A stretch of 64,000 bases of DNA from a virus, in the IMG/VR virus record IMGVR_UViG_3300036861_000806, positions 26,955 to 90,954 of that record, one strand, 5' to 3'. Every line of letters starts with the position of its first letter. The stretch's first letter is position 1. Positions 1 to 8,604 of the stretch are shown piece by piece. The notes under the pieces are model-generated. The model was not told the DNA's origin. It ran no database searches and saw nothing but the letters and a program-made list of their open reading frames with translations. The position numbers and the translations under genes were made by a program.

Positions 1-201
1 TTTGTCCTCGAAAGGTGCTGCCATCCTCGATGAAGCTGCGAAGCCGCAGATAGCAAACTTCTTGCGCCATGGCTCGCCATTCGCTGGGCGGATGATGCCG
101 CGTTCGGCATCGACGATCTCGAAGCGAGCGCGAGCGGGATGCTCTGGGTCCACGCCAGTCGCTCCAGGGGCCTGAGCGGAATAATCAACGTTACTCGACA
201 C
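1..201 (-). CDS. Partial CDS running off the window; paralog of 5642-6382 (putative glycosyl/nonulosonate transferase-like)
   Basis: Not in the ORF track. GTG at 201 with AAGGAGG upstream, open to position 1. Translates MSSNVDYSAQAPGATGVDPEHPARARFEIVDAERGIIRPANGEPWRKKFAICGFAASSRMAAPFEDK, which aligns by eye with IVSAADGIVKCSHRRVAIIGAGLGRKDAPWSDP. Confidence 0.65.
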   Translation of the reverse strand, partial: MSSNVDYSAQAPGATGVDPEHPARARFEIVDAERGIIRPANGEPWRKKFAICGFAASSRMAAPFEDK

Positions 202-1012
202 GCGACGCCTCCTTCGTGATCAGGGATGTCACCGCATGCCTTTCGGCATGCCGACGCCGAGCGGACTCCGACATCTTTTTCTTCGTCTCCTCCGAGTGTG
301 AACGCGATTGCCCACGATGCGAGATCGACAGTCGCTCACGCCAGAGCGCTTTATCACGGATGCGGATGCGGTAGCCTTTAGCGAACCGGCGACGGTTCGA
401 CTTAGAGATGGCGGAATTCCGTCGCCCCCGCAACCTGGCCGCCGCCCGCTCCGATTCCTCGGGCTTCGCCCAACGACGGTGCGCGGCTTCGCTCTGTCGT
501 ACCCGTGTCTTAGAAGAGACCGCGTGTCCTTTCAGTCGCGTACTGATCTTCACGCGTTGTTCTGGAGACCATCTGCGCTGGCGCATCTTTGCGCGCGTCG
601 ACTCGCTCATCACGCGACCACGATTTGCCTCACTGATCTTGCGTCGTGTCTCGGGCGAGATGACGCGGCCGAGGCACGAGATCTTGTTTTTGGCTCCGAC
701 TCGCGCGGCCACCACAGGATCGAACATTGGACAGCGAGTATCGCGACTCGTGTTCAGGGCGGACTCGAAGGAATCAAGCCATTCCTGCTCGCGCTCTCGA
801 AGGATCTCGCGGGGACATGACTCCAACAGGACGAACGCAAACGCCCCCGGTCCGTCAAGGAGCCAGAGGTCGAGGAGCTGGACCGACGAATGTCGGCCTT
901 TGTTGAGATTCCCGACGTGATCGCGCCACCGACGATTGACGTTGCACGAACTCCCGACATACACGCGCCCAGTCGGTCGGTGCACGATGCCGTAGACCCC
1001 CGAGACCTTCAC
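191..1012 (-). CDS. GIY-YIG homing endonuclease with NUMOD3-type repeats
   Basis: GVYGI...VYVGSS...R...H N-terminus; repeated SPETRRKISE / SESTRAKM / HSEETKKKMSE motifs. Confidence 0.9.
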   Translation of the reverse strand: MKVSGVYGIVHRPTGRVYVGSSCNVNRRWRDHVGNLNKGRHSSVQLLDLWLLDGPGAFAFVLLESCPREILREREQEWLDSFESALNTSRDTRCPMFDPVVAARVGAKNKISCLGRVISPETRRKISEANRGRVMSESTRAKMRQRRWSPEQRVKISTRLKGHAVSSKTRVRQSEAAHRRWAKPEESERAAARLRGRRNSAISKSNRRRFAKGYRIRIRDKALWRERLSISHRGQSRSHSEETKKKMSESARRRHAERHAVTSLITKEASRVE

Positions 1013-1048
1013 TCACGCCTCCTCGTCAGGGAATTTGGAGGATCGTCG

Positions 1049-1375
1049 CTACTTCCGCTGAGTCTGCTCCGCTCGGATCATCTTGTCGGCCGGGGGCCCG
1101 AACTTCGCCAGCAGGCGCGCCGGGATGCGCTCTCCCTGCGCGTGGAGCTCCTCGTACTCCGCTCGGTCGCGCCGTTCGCGGAGCTCCTGGGCGGCGCGAT
1201 TCTCGGCGTCGTTCAGCCCCCGGGCATGCCCGCGGGCGATCAGGCTCGCCGCAACCTCAGGGTCGAACCCCGCCCGCTCGCCGGGCGCCCACGACCCGGT
1301 CCCGTTCGGGGCGACGACCGCCCGGTTGAGCACCACCGTGCGGGTGCCGTTCTCGGCCAGGATCACATCCGCCAT
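1049..1375 (-). CDS. Small head-associated hypothetical protein
   Basis: RBS GGAGA; lies downstream of the capsid genes; AASLIARGHA motif resembles small post-capsid proteins. Confidence 0.55.
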   Translation of the reverse strand: MADVILAENGTRTVVLNRAVVAPNGTGSWAPGERAGFDPEVAASLIARGHARGLNDAENRAAQELRERRDRAEYEELHAQGERIPARLLAKFGPPADKMIRAEQTQRK

Positions 1376-1436
1376 GGCTCTGTCTCCTTCCGCTCCCGTC
1401 AGGGCAGGAGCTTGATTGCATTCGCTCGAGGATCCG

Positions 1437-2177
1437 TTAGGTCGCGCAGGGCGTGGTCACCAGGAGGCGACGGAACACGTTGTCGGTCGAGTTCAGCGCT
1501 GGAGGCGCCTCGCCCGGGCTCCCGAACACGTAGACGCCCGAGAGCCAGGTGCCCAGCGACCCGCAGCCCGTGGTGTGCAGGATCGGCTTGAGCACACAGC
1601 GGATGTACCGCTTCGCCCCGCTCAGATCGAACACGGCGGGCGGCCCGGCGTAATACGCCTGTCCCGTCGAGGTCGCCCCCGCCGAGACCGAGTACCCCGC
1701 AACCGTGGAGGTCGCCGACACCAGCACGCCGCCGAGCGCGTTCGCGACACCGAGATCACGCTGATAGGCGAGGTAATCGACGGCGGCCAGATTGCCCGTC
1801 GAGGAGGCTGTGGTCTGCCGCCAGAGCCCGGAGTTGTGGATGCCGTCGCCCGTCGAATAGTCGGCCCAGGTCCCGCCCGTGGCGGAGGTATGCTGGAGTG
1901 CGAACGAGACAGCCATCCCGCGCACCTTGGCGTTCTCGTCAGTCGAGTTCTGCTCGGCGTACATCATCGGCGCGAGCGCGACGGCCGTGTAGTTCTTCGG
2001 CAACCCGAGCCGGTCGACGACGAAACCAGGGAAGAAGTTCCCCGATGACGGCGACGCGACCGACACGCCGCCGGCGCACGTGCAGGTGCCGAGGTCGTTG
2101 GCACCGCATCCCGTCAGCTTCGCGTTGTGCACGAACATCGGGACGACGTAGGTTTCTGCAAGCTCCCGCGTGATCAT
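1437..2177 (-). CDS. Putative head decoration / structural protein
   Basis: Immediately after the major capsid gene with a strong AGGAGGAG RBS; Ala/Gly/Thr-rich; KRYIRC motif. Confidence 0.55.
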   Translation of the reverse strand: MITRELAETYVVPMFVHNAKLTGCGANDLGTCTCAGGVSVASPSSGNFFPGFVVDRLGLPKNYTAVALAPMMYAEQNSTDENAKVRGMAVSFALQHTSATGGTWADYSTGDGIHNSGLWRQTTASSTGNLAAVDYLAYQRDLGVANALGGVLVSATSTVAGYSVSAGATSTGQAYYAGPPAVFDLSGAKRYIRCVLKPILHTTGCGSLGTWLSGVYVFGSPGEAPPALNSTDNVFRRLLVTTPCAT

Positions 2178-2207
2178 CTTTCGTTCTCCTCCTTCGCCGT
2201 CAGGTGC

Positions 2208-3473
2208 TTACACCGAGCCCGGCTGCCATTTGACCTGCGTGAGGACTGCGATGGCCTTGTCATATCGCAGCCCGAAATCGTGTTCGGCGATGGCGCGGAC
2301 CACCGTTTGATCGCGATCGAAGGCAGAGACGACCGCGCCCCCTTCGGTATAGGACGCCTCGGCCGAGGTGTCGATGACCAGATTCATCGACTCGCCGATG
2401 ACCGCCTGCGAGAAGTCGGCGAGGTAGATCTCCGATTCGTTGTTGTTCCCGGCGAGGGAGGCATCGAGGTTCGTCGGGATATTCGTGGTCACCCCGTACG
2501 GGAACCCCCAGAGCCGCCCGCCCGCCATCTCCTCGCGGAACACCGGGTAGCCGTTAGCGTTCAGGAGCGTCATCAGGTAGGTCTGCACGCGCGGCGCCAT
2601 GATCCAGCCCGGGGCGATCATCGGGATGTTGGCCTCGAGGAGCTTCTGCCAGAGCTTGCCGAGATCCGTGAACGTGTTCTGCACCGACGCGGTGCCGTTC
2701 GCGGCGATGATGTTGTCCGGGTGCGCCCAGTAGCGCAGGCCCTTGGGCGTCGAATCGGTCCCCGTGTCGCGGATGAACCCCTGATCCTCGCGCACGCGCA
2801 TCGCGTTGACGGTGTCGTCGCGCACGATCGTGTCAGCACCCGGCGAGGCATAGCGGATCAGATCGTTCGAGATGGGGACGAGGGTGACGAGCTTCTTGAA
2901 CGTCAGGGTGAGCTGGCCGGTCGTCGGCTCCGACTTCGTCGCCGCCGTGTTCTCGCCGATGTAATACGCAGTCGCCCCGCCCGTCAGCTTCGGGATCTTG
3001 ATGGTGCCCGTCGGGACCGGCATGGTCCGCGCGTTCAGACTCCGGACGACGGCGCGGGCGCGGAGGAACTCGATCACGTCCTGGCTAAACTGGGTCGGGA
3101 CCAGGAACCCGCCGGCCGTCGCGTCGCCGGCCGCGAGCGCCTTCTGCCGCGCGTCGGCCCACTTCTCGGCGAGGTCGACCTTGCCCCAGGTCTTGAGAAT
3201 CTCGATGGCACCGTCTGGGCCAGTCCCCCGGAACTTCGCGGCGGCCGTCGCCCGGATGCAGCACGCGAAGTCGAGCCCTTTGTCCTCGGGGCGAACAACC
3301 GGCTGCGCATGGCCGTTGCCACCGCTCGCCGAGAGCACGCGGAAGAAATCCCCCGTCTGCGCCTGCGCGGCCTTGAGCGGGACAAGCTCGCGCTCGCCGA
3401 ACTCGCGGACGGCGTCGGTGACGAGCGGTCCGCACGTATCTCGAATGATCTTCGCCAGTTCCTCTCTCGTCAT
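2208..3473 (-). CDS. Major capsid protein, HK97 family
   Basis: AGGFLVPTQFSQDVIE, YIGENTAATKS, LVPISNDLI, GRLWGFPY motifs; follows the prohead protease. Confidence 0.95.
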   Translation of the reverse strand: MTREELAKIIRDTCGPLVTDAVREFGERELVPLKAAQAQTGDFFRVLSASGGNGHAQPVVRPEDKGLDFACCIRATAAAKFRGTGPDGAIEILKTWGKVDLAEKWADARQKALAAGDATAGGFLVPTQFSQDVIEFLRARAVVRSLNARTMPVPTGTIKIPKLTGGATAYYIGENTAATKSEPTTGQLTLTFKKLVTLVPISNDLIRYASPGADTIVRDDTVNAMRVREDQGFIRDTGTDSTPKGLRYWAHPDNIIAANGTASVQNTFTDLGKLWQKLLEANIPMIAPGWIMAPRVQTYLMTLLNANGYPVFREEMAGGRLWGFPYGVTTNIPTNLDASLAGNNNESEIYLADFSQAVIGESMNLVIDTSAEASYTEGGAVVSAFDRDQTVVRAIAEHDFGLRYDKAIAVLTQVKWQPGSV

Positions 3474-3513
3474 TACCTGGTTCCTCCTCGCAGAATCGAC
3501 ACCGTCAGAATCG

Positions 3514-5112
3514 TTAGTCCACGCGTCCGCGGGCGAGCGCGAGCTCGCGCGTGAGGCCAGCCAGAACCTGCCCGCGCAGGCCCGTCGCGATCTCAGTCAT
3601 GACGCCACGTATGTCGGCGGCCGTCAGGCCGCTTAGGGCGTCGTCGGGGTCGTGATAGGGAATTGCCGCCAGGTCGAACTCAACCTCGGCGTCGAAGCCG
3701 TCCAGATCGATCGCGCCGTCGTTCGCGCTGATCGCCTTCGCCACCGAGAGACTAGCCAGCGCCGCATCCACGGCGTCGCCGCCCGACGCGGCCTCGAACG
3801 AACCGTCGTGACTCCCGCAATGGCTCCGCGCGGCGGCAGCGGTCCAGTCATCCTTCGGGTACCGATACGCCTGCTCCTCCCACGCACCGCCGCTCTTCGG
3901 ATGGCCGAAGATAATCGAGTAGGTCTTGCCCTCGTGCTCGCGCGTCCCCCGGCGAAAGCGGTCATAACCATCTGGCGAGTGGAGTCGGCAGCTATGCTCA
4001 TTGGGGAACGGTTTCGCGATATCCTCGGCACCCTTGCCGCCATCTGACATTGGGCAGTCCGCCCCCTTCGGGCACTCTGAGGCGTCGCCCTTTGGGCAGT
4101 CGGCACCCATCGGACACTCGTCCATCGCTCCCGTCTCACCGGTAGCCTCCGGAGCGGCCTCGACCTGGGCGACGACCTCGCGGATCTTTGCGTCGGCCGC
4201 CTGCGCCGCATCGGCGGCCTCGCGGAGGCGACGCTCGTTCACGCCGGAGAGGACACGGCCGCGCTTGGTCATCGCGGCCTTGATGTCGTCGACATCGAAC
4301 GGAGGCGAGAAGGATATGGTCTGGCCCGGAGAGGAAAACGATGTCCCGGTGCTCAGCGGCGCCCAGCCAGCCCAGAGCTTGCGCACCGCCTCGGCCGTGC
4401 CCTCGACCCGGACTTCGGGGAGGATGACCTCGCCGATCCCGAGCCGGACCGTGCGCTCGGGGGCGCCGAGCCGATCAAGCACTTTCGCAGCCCACTCGCG
4501 GAGGGGCCCGATATCGACGCCCGCTGACCGCGCCTCGACGAGGCACTCCGCATTGGCAGGAATCGGCACCACACTGAATTCGAGGAGGGATTGCTCGAGG
4601 AAATCTACGCCGCGCCGTTCCTCGTTGTAGGCCATCTTCATCGGCTGGAAGCCGACCGACACGCCGGAAAGAAACCCCGCGCTCATCATGTCGAGGATCG
4701 TGTCGGCCATCGGGTTCATCCCGGCCGGTGTGAAGTCGATCCGCGCTTTGAGCCGCGCATCCTCGGCCCGAACGTTCACTCCACGACCGATTGGCAACGA
4801 ACGGTAATCGTGGAATGCGAGCACGACTGGATTGCGCCGGTATTCTTCAAGCCGCCATCCGGCCACGGTGATCTGATCGCGCTCGCGGTCGGTCGTCTCC
4901 GTGGAGATGACGACCGGGACAGACCGCTCAGGATCGCCGGCAGCCTTGGCCGGGAGTTCAGCCGTGTAGGCGGCTCGGACGATCAGGCGGTCGGGGCTGG
5001 CATTTAGTGCATCGGCGGTGGCGACGAGGGGGTCGGCGGACTTGACGCTACGGGCGGCGGCGGCGCGGTACTCCTCCGCCGTGACGATCATGCGCTGGCT
5101 CATCCGCTCCAC
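3514..5112 (-). CDS. HK97-type prohead protease with long C-terminal extension
   Basis: ISTETTDRERD, NPVVLAFHDY, GVSVGF, LLEFSVVPIPAN motifs. Confidence 0.93.
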   Translation of the reverse strand: MERMSQRMIVTAEEYRAAAARSVKSADPLVATADALNASPDRLIVRAAYTAELPAKAAGDPERSVPVVISTETTDRERDQITVAGWRLEEYRRNPVVLAFHDYRSLPIGRGVNVRAEDARLKARIDFTPAGMNPMADTILDMMSAGFLSGVSVGFQPMKMAYNEERRGVDFLEQSLLEFSVVPIPANAECLVEARSAGVDIGPLREWAAKVLDRLGAPERTVRLGIGEVILPEVRVEGTAEAVRKLWAGWAPLSTGTSFSSPGQTISFSPPFDVDDIKAAMTKRGRVLSGVNERRLREAADAAQAADAKIREVVAQVEAAPEATGETGAMDECPMGADCPKGDASECPKGADCPMSDGGKGAEDIAKPFPNEHSCRLHSPDGYDRFRRGTREHEGKTYSIIFGHPKSGGAWEEQAYRYPKDDWTAAAARSHCGSHDGSFEAASGGDAVDAALASLSVAKAISANDGAIDLDGFDAEVEFDLAAIPYHDPDDALSGLTAADIRGVMTEIATGLRGQVLAGLTRELALARGRVD

Positions 5113-5641
5113 CTCGGGCGTCGGGAGAGGCGAGGACGCCTCCGAGCGGTTCAGGGACCCGCCCGTGACCCTCGCCCCTCCACGCCCTGTGGAGCGAACC
5201 AGCGGTGCTACGTACTACGGTTGCGGACTATACCTCAAAGCCGGCAATGCGCCGGGAAGCGGTATATAGTAACTAGCTCATCGGCACGATTCCACCCGCA
5301 ACTGCGGCTCCACCACCACCGACCTCGGCACCCCATCGGCCCGGAGATTGACCGTGATCTTGACCGAGGTGAGCGAGGCGTCGCCGAGGACAGCAGCGAA
5401 GCGTTCAAGCTTTTCGGCGACTGCCTGCTTAAGGAGGCAGACGCGGACGGACTCGACGGGGGTCACGCCGGAAGGCCCAGCGCCATGGCGATCCGCTTTC
5501 TCAGGCGAGCGCGTCTCGGCGAACGCCGGCAACGGGCGCAGATCGGCCAGCAGTAGTGCGTCACGGTTTTTGAACGCGTGAAGCTCACGTGGCAGCTCTC
5601 TGCGGTTGACCCGTTATCCGCAGCAATTGCAATCTTACCCT

Positions 5642-6382
5642 TCACGGACTCGCCAGCTCCTTCCCCTCGCGCTTCCGCGTCTCACCGAGCACCCAGCGCA
5701 GATCATCGAGCCTCGCGTTCACCTCGTCGCGCTCCTCCGCGTAGTGATACCCATACAGGTAGGGTCGGCGCGCGAGCCCCGGTGACCCGAGCGTGAGCTT
5801 TACGCCCCGGCCGTCGGCGACACCGATCCAGTATTCGAGGCAGGCGAGTTCAACTGTCCGTTCACGTGCCGACCCCTCATACAGCTCGACACCCCAGAGA
5901 CCGATGGCTTCAAAGCCGTCGGCAATGGCGAGGGCTATCTGATACGAGAACGTCGAAGTAAAATACCGCCGCCCGCCCGTCGCCGCGAGGACGCGCTCAA
6001 GCGGGTACTGGACGGCGTTGGCTACTCCGGCGAAGGGGCGGAGTCGCCCAGGTTCTGGGGCCGTGGGGCGCTCGTCGGGCACGTCCCGCGCGGCCGCGTC
6101 GGCGAGGTCGAGCACGTAGCACGGGACGCGGCAGCGCTCCAGCCACGCCAGTTCCGCGTCGGATTGAACAGAAAGGGGATGGCACTCCCAGTGTCTCTCA
6201 TATCGTATCTGCCAGATCTCGTTGAGAGCTTGGAAGCACCAGGTAGGGTCACTCCATGGGGCATCCTTTCGCCCCAGCCCGGCCCCGATGATCGCGACGC
6301 GGCGATGTGAGCACTTAACGATGCCGTCGGCGGCGCTGACGATCGTCTCCCCGTCTGGATACGCCGCGTCGTGCGAGAGCAT
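5642..6382 (-). CDS. Putative sialyl/nonulosonate-transferase-like protein (start revised to ATG 6382)
   Basis: RVAIIGAG..APW..ALN N-terminus and YFTSTFSYQIALAIADGFEAIGLWGVEL, resembling the TS..A..A..LG..EI.L.G.D motif of Maf/GT42/GT29-like folds. Start is coupled to the upstream TGA. Confidence 0.5.
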   Translation of the reverse strand: MLSHDAAYPDGETIVSAADGIVKCSHRRVAIIGAGLGRKDAPWSDPTWCFQALNEIWQIRYERHWECHPLSVQSDAELAWLERCRVPCYVLDLADAAARDVPDERPTAPEPGRLRPFAGVANAVQYPLERVLAATGGRRYFTSTFSYQIALAIADGFEAIGLWGVELYEGSARERTVELACLEYWIGVADGRGVKLTLGSPGLARRPYLYGYHYAEERDEVNARLDDLRWVLGETRKREGKELASP

Positions 6383-6582
6383 CACCGCCGAGCCACCCGC
6401 TCGCAGACGCGCCGATGCTCGTCGAGCGCCAGCGCGTTGGCGTCGGCCAGCGTCGATGCGTCGATGAGGTGCCGGCACGGGCGAGGCGGCGGATAATGTC
6501 CCGTCGGCGCCGGCTCTGTCACTTCGCCGAGCGTGCTCGACCATGCGGAGCGGTCGTTGAAGACTGAGACCACGACTTTCAT
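6382..6582 (-). CDS. Small hypothetical protein
   Basis: GAGGA RBS, ATG at 6582, stop overlaps the next start. Confidence 0.5.
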   Translation of the reverse strand: MKVVVSVFNDRSAWSSTLGEVTEPAPTGHYPPPRPCRHLIDASTLADANALALDEHRRVCERVARR

Positions 6583-6703
6583 GGTTTCCTCACTCACGGC
6601 GATGCTGATGGTCAGGCATTGCGCCACCCCCGGCACGGGCAGAGCGTGCACCCGCCGCCGCTGTCGTGAACGAGTGCCGAATGGCCGCAGCGGCAGATCG
6701 GGG

Positions 6704-8599
6704 TCACGAGTCGCTCTCCCCAAAGACAAGACCCGTGCTGCACCGACAATTGCTTGCGATGATGCCCTCTGCCATAATGAATCCGTCGACCGTCTGGAGA
6801 TCATACACATGCCCATGCCACGCGTACCGATTGAGCGCGACCACCTGATCACGCTGTATTCGCGCAGTCTCACCTACGAGGAGATCGCGCGCGAGTTGCA
6901 TACCAGCATTGCTGTCGTCTACAGTCGGTTGCGCGAGTGGGGATTGATTGGCTCGACCCCACGACACGGCGGGTCGTGGCGACGCGATATTGACGAGGCC
7001 TCGCTCATTACGCGCTACCACAGCGGGGAATCCGAGAAGGCCGTCGCGGACTCGCTGGGCATCAGTAGGACTGCGGTACGCGCTCGACTCCTTGCGGCGG
7101 GAGTGCGCCCCCGGACCCAAAGCGAATCCGAGACGCTGAAGTGGCTCGGACTCAAGCGTGATCGGGCCGCCGTCGAGCGCCAGTGCGCCAGCGCGTGGGC
7201 GGCGGCCCGCGGACGCGTCCGATCGTTGTCGGAGTTGCGCGCCTCGGCGCGAAGTCGTGCTCAGCGTCTCTCTCATGTGGGCCGTTACGAAGAGGCGATC
7301 CGCATTGCGTTGCATCGTCTCGGCATGGCCGCCACGCCGCAATATCAAGTTGGCCCCTACAATCTCGACTTGGCATTGCGCCCATCGCGCGTCGCCGTGG
7401 AGATCATCACGGCCTATCTCGACGTGGCGAAGTCCGTCTGCCCGAAGCGCATCCACTACCTGTTCGATCGGAGCTGGGCCGTTCTGATCATCTGGTGCCC
7501 AGCGAAACAGACGCCCGTGATACCGGACGCGCTCGCTCAGTACATCGTCGCCTTCACGCAGGCTGCTCGCAGCGATCCAGCCGCGCGGCGTCAGTATGGG
7601 GTGATTCGGTGTGATGGTCAGCCGGTACCCGCGTCGCGTTTCCAGCGTTACGACGGGACCCGAGTAGACGGCTTTTAATCCTCGGACGGCACGCGCAACG
7701 ATGTGCGTGTCCGGGATAAAACAATTGGGGTGGAGTGGCGGTCCCGTGATGGCACGCCCATCCGATGTCCAGGGTTCGTCGAGCCCGACCTCGACACCGT
7801 CGAGTTTTTCACAGGAAAATTCGAGTAAATCATCGTCCGTGACGATCCATACCCGCCGCGTCTCTTCACGATCAAGAAGCCCTTGATCGGCCGCCGCCTC
7901 CCAGAGCCGCTGTTGTCCTTCGTTCGTCACCGCGACCGTTTCCGTGCGGGCCAGAGTTTCCGCCCTCGCCTTCAGCTGCGCCCCCGCATATCGCTCCGTC
8001 CGCCGCGCAACATCCTCCTCACCGACCCCCTGCGCGACGAGCCGCTCACGGAATCGCTCGACCGCTGTGACCTGTCGCGAATGCAGCCCAATCACCTCGC
8101 GGAGCTCCCGCGCGAGCCAGCGGACCGGGCGCCCCTCGGCCTGCGACGCGACGACCAGCGAGCGAACGCCCTCACGCGTTGACGCGGAGATCTCCGTCAC
8201 CAGCGCGCCAGCGTGCTGATTCGCCCACGCCACGGCCGCCGGGTTGGTCCGCGCGAAGTCAACCGCGAACCCTGGAGTGCCCCGGAGCGCTTCGCGTCCA
8301 GCCTCGGCGCCGACGCCTAGGGCCGCGCCGATGACGGGCCGGATCTTCGCGCGAAGCGCTTCGGGGAGTCGGTCGAGCAGCAGCGCGGCCTCGACGCGCG
8401 AGATCTCGCCAGTCTTCAGCGCCGCTTCAAGGGCGTCGAGGTCGACTTGACCGTTCAGCGTGGCGATGGCCGAGAGGAAGGCGCGCCGGGCGGCGGGCTC
8501 CAAGCGGGCGGCGAGGCGCGTGACGAGGGGGCGGCGGGCTTTGAGGACTGACTGGGCGCCGACGGAACGGAGAAACGCGCCGACGAATTGCGGATGCAC
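6704..8599 (-). CDS. Phage Mu gpF / SPP1 gp7-like minor head protein containing an intein
   Basis: ARAETLARTE, RRVWIVTDD and PPLHPN|CRC motif interrupted by a Hint domain; directly after the portal. Confidence 0.9.
   Translation of the reverse strand: MHPQFVGAFLRSVGAQSVLKARRPLVTRLAARLEPAARRAFLSAIATLNGQVDLDALEAALKTGEISRVEAALLLDRLPEALRAKIRPVIGAALGVGAEAGREALRGTPGFAVDFARTNPAAVAWANQHAGALVTEISASTREGVRSLVVASQAEGRPVRWLARELREVIGLHSRQVTAVERFRERLVAQGVGEEDVARRTERYAGAQLKARAETLARTETVAVTNEGQQRLWEAAADQGLLDREETRRVWIVTDDDLLEFSCEKLDGVEVGLDEPWTSDGRAITGPPLHPNCFIPDTHIVARAVRGLKAVYSGPVVTLETRRGYRLTITPNHPILTPRGWIAASSLREGDDVLSERVRYHGRLFRWAPDDQNGPAPIEQVVDALRADGLRHVEIGRDDLHGDARWAQCQVEIVGANLILRRGGHAETMQRNADRLFVTAHMRETLSTTSRRGAQLRQRSDASAGRRPRAGALALDGGPITLESEPLQRLGFALGPGAHSRRKESSAYRSPTDAQRVRDGLLGFPAVVARNERGLVNIASPRPAVSWGRANQSPLAQPTVDDSNAGMQLARDLLVGETARIQRDQVVALNRYAWHGHVYDLQTVDGFIMAEGIIASNCRCSTGLVFGESDS
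6749..7723 (-). mobile_element. Intein (325 aa) inserted in the HPN/CRC motif
   Basis: Begins CFIPDTHI; block B LTITPNHPILTPRGW; block F HVYDLQT; ends IIASN before Cys+1. Confidence 0.88.
6809..7678 (+). CDS. Antisense HTH-HTH + Vsr/DUF559-like endonuclease nested entirely in the intein
   Basis: GGAGA RBS at 6796-6800; two HTH repeats (LTYEEIARELHTSIAVVYSRL, ESEKAVADSLGISRTAVRARL); QYQVGPYNLDLAL..RVAVEI nuclease motif. Confidence 0.8.
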   Translation: MPMPRVPIERDHLITLYSRSLTYEEIARELHTSIAVVYSRLREWGLIGSTPRHGGSWRRDIDEASLITRYHSGESEKAVADSLGISRTAVRARLLAAGVRPRTQSESETLKWLGLKRDRAAVERQCASAWAAARGRVRSLSELRASARSRAQRLSHVGRYEEAIRIALHRLGMAATPQYQVGPYNLDLALRPSRVAVEIITAYLDVAKSVCPKRIHYLFDRSWAVLIIWCPAKQTPVIPDALAQYIVAFTQAARSDPAARRQYGVIRCDGQPVPASRFQRYDGTRVDGF

Positions 8600-8604
8600 A
8601 GAGG

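Noticed and set aside
2127-3554. 475-aa plus-strand ORF (also 20437-21378 minus and 25105-26046 plus)
   Set aside because: Shadow frames opposite well-supported genes; unlike 6809-7678 they have no recognisable domain.
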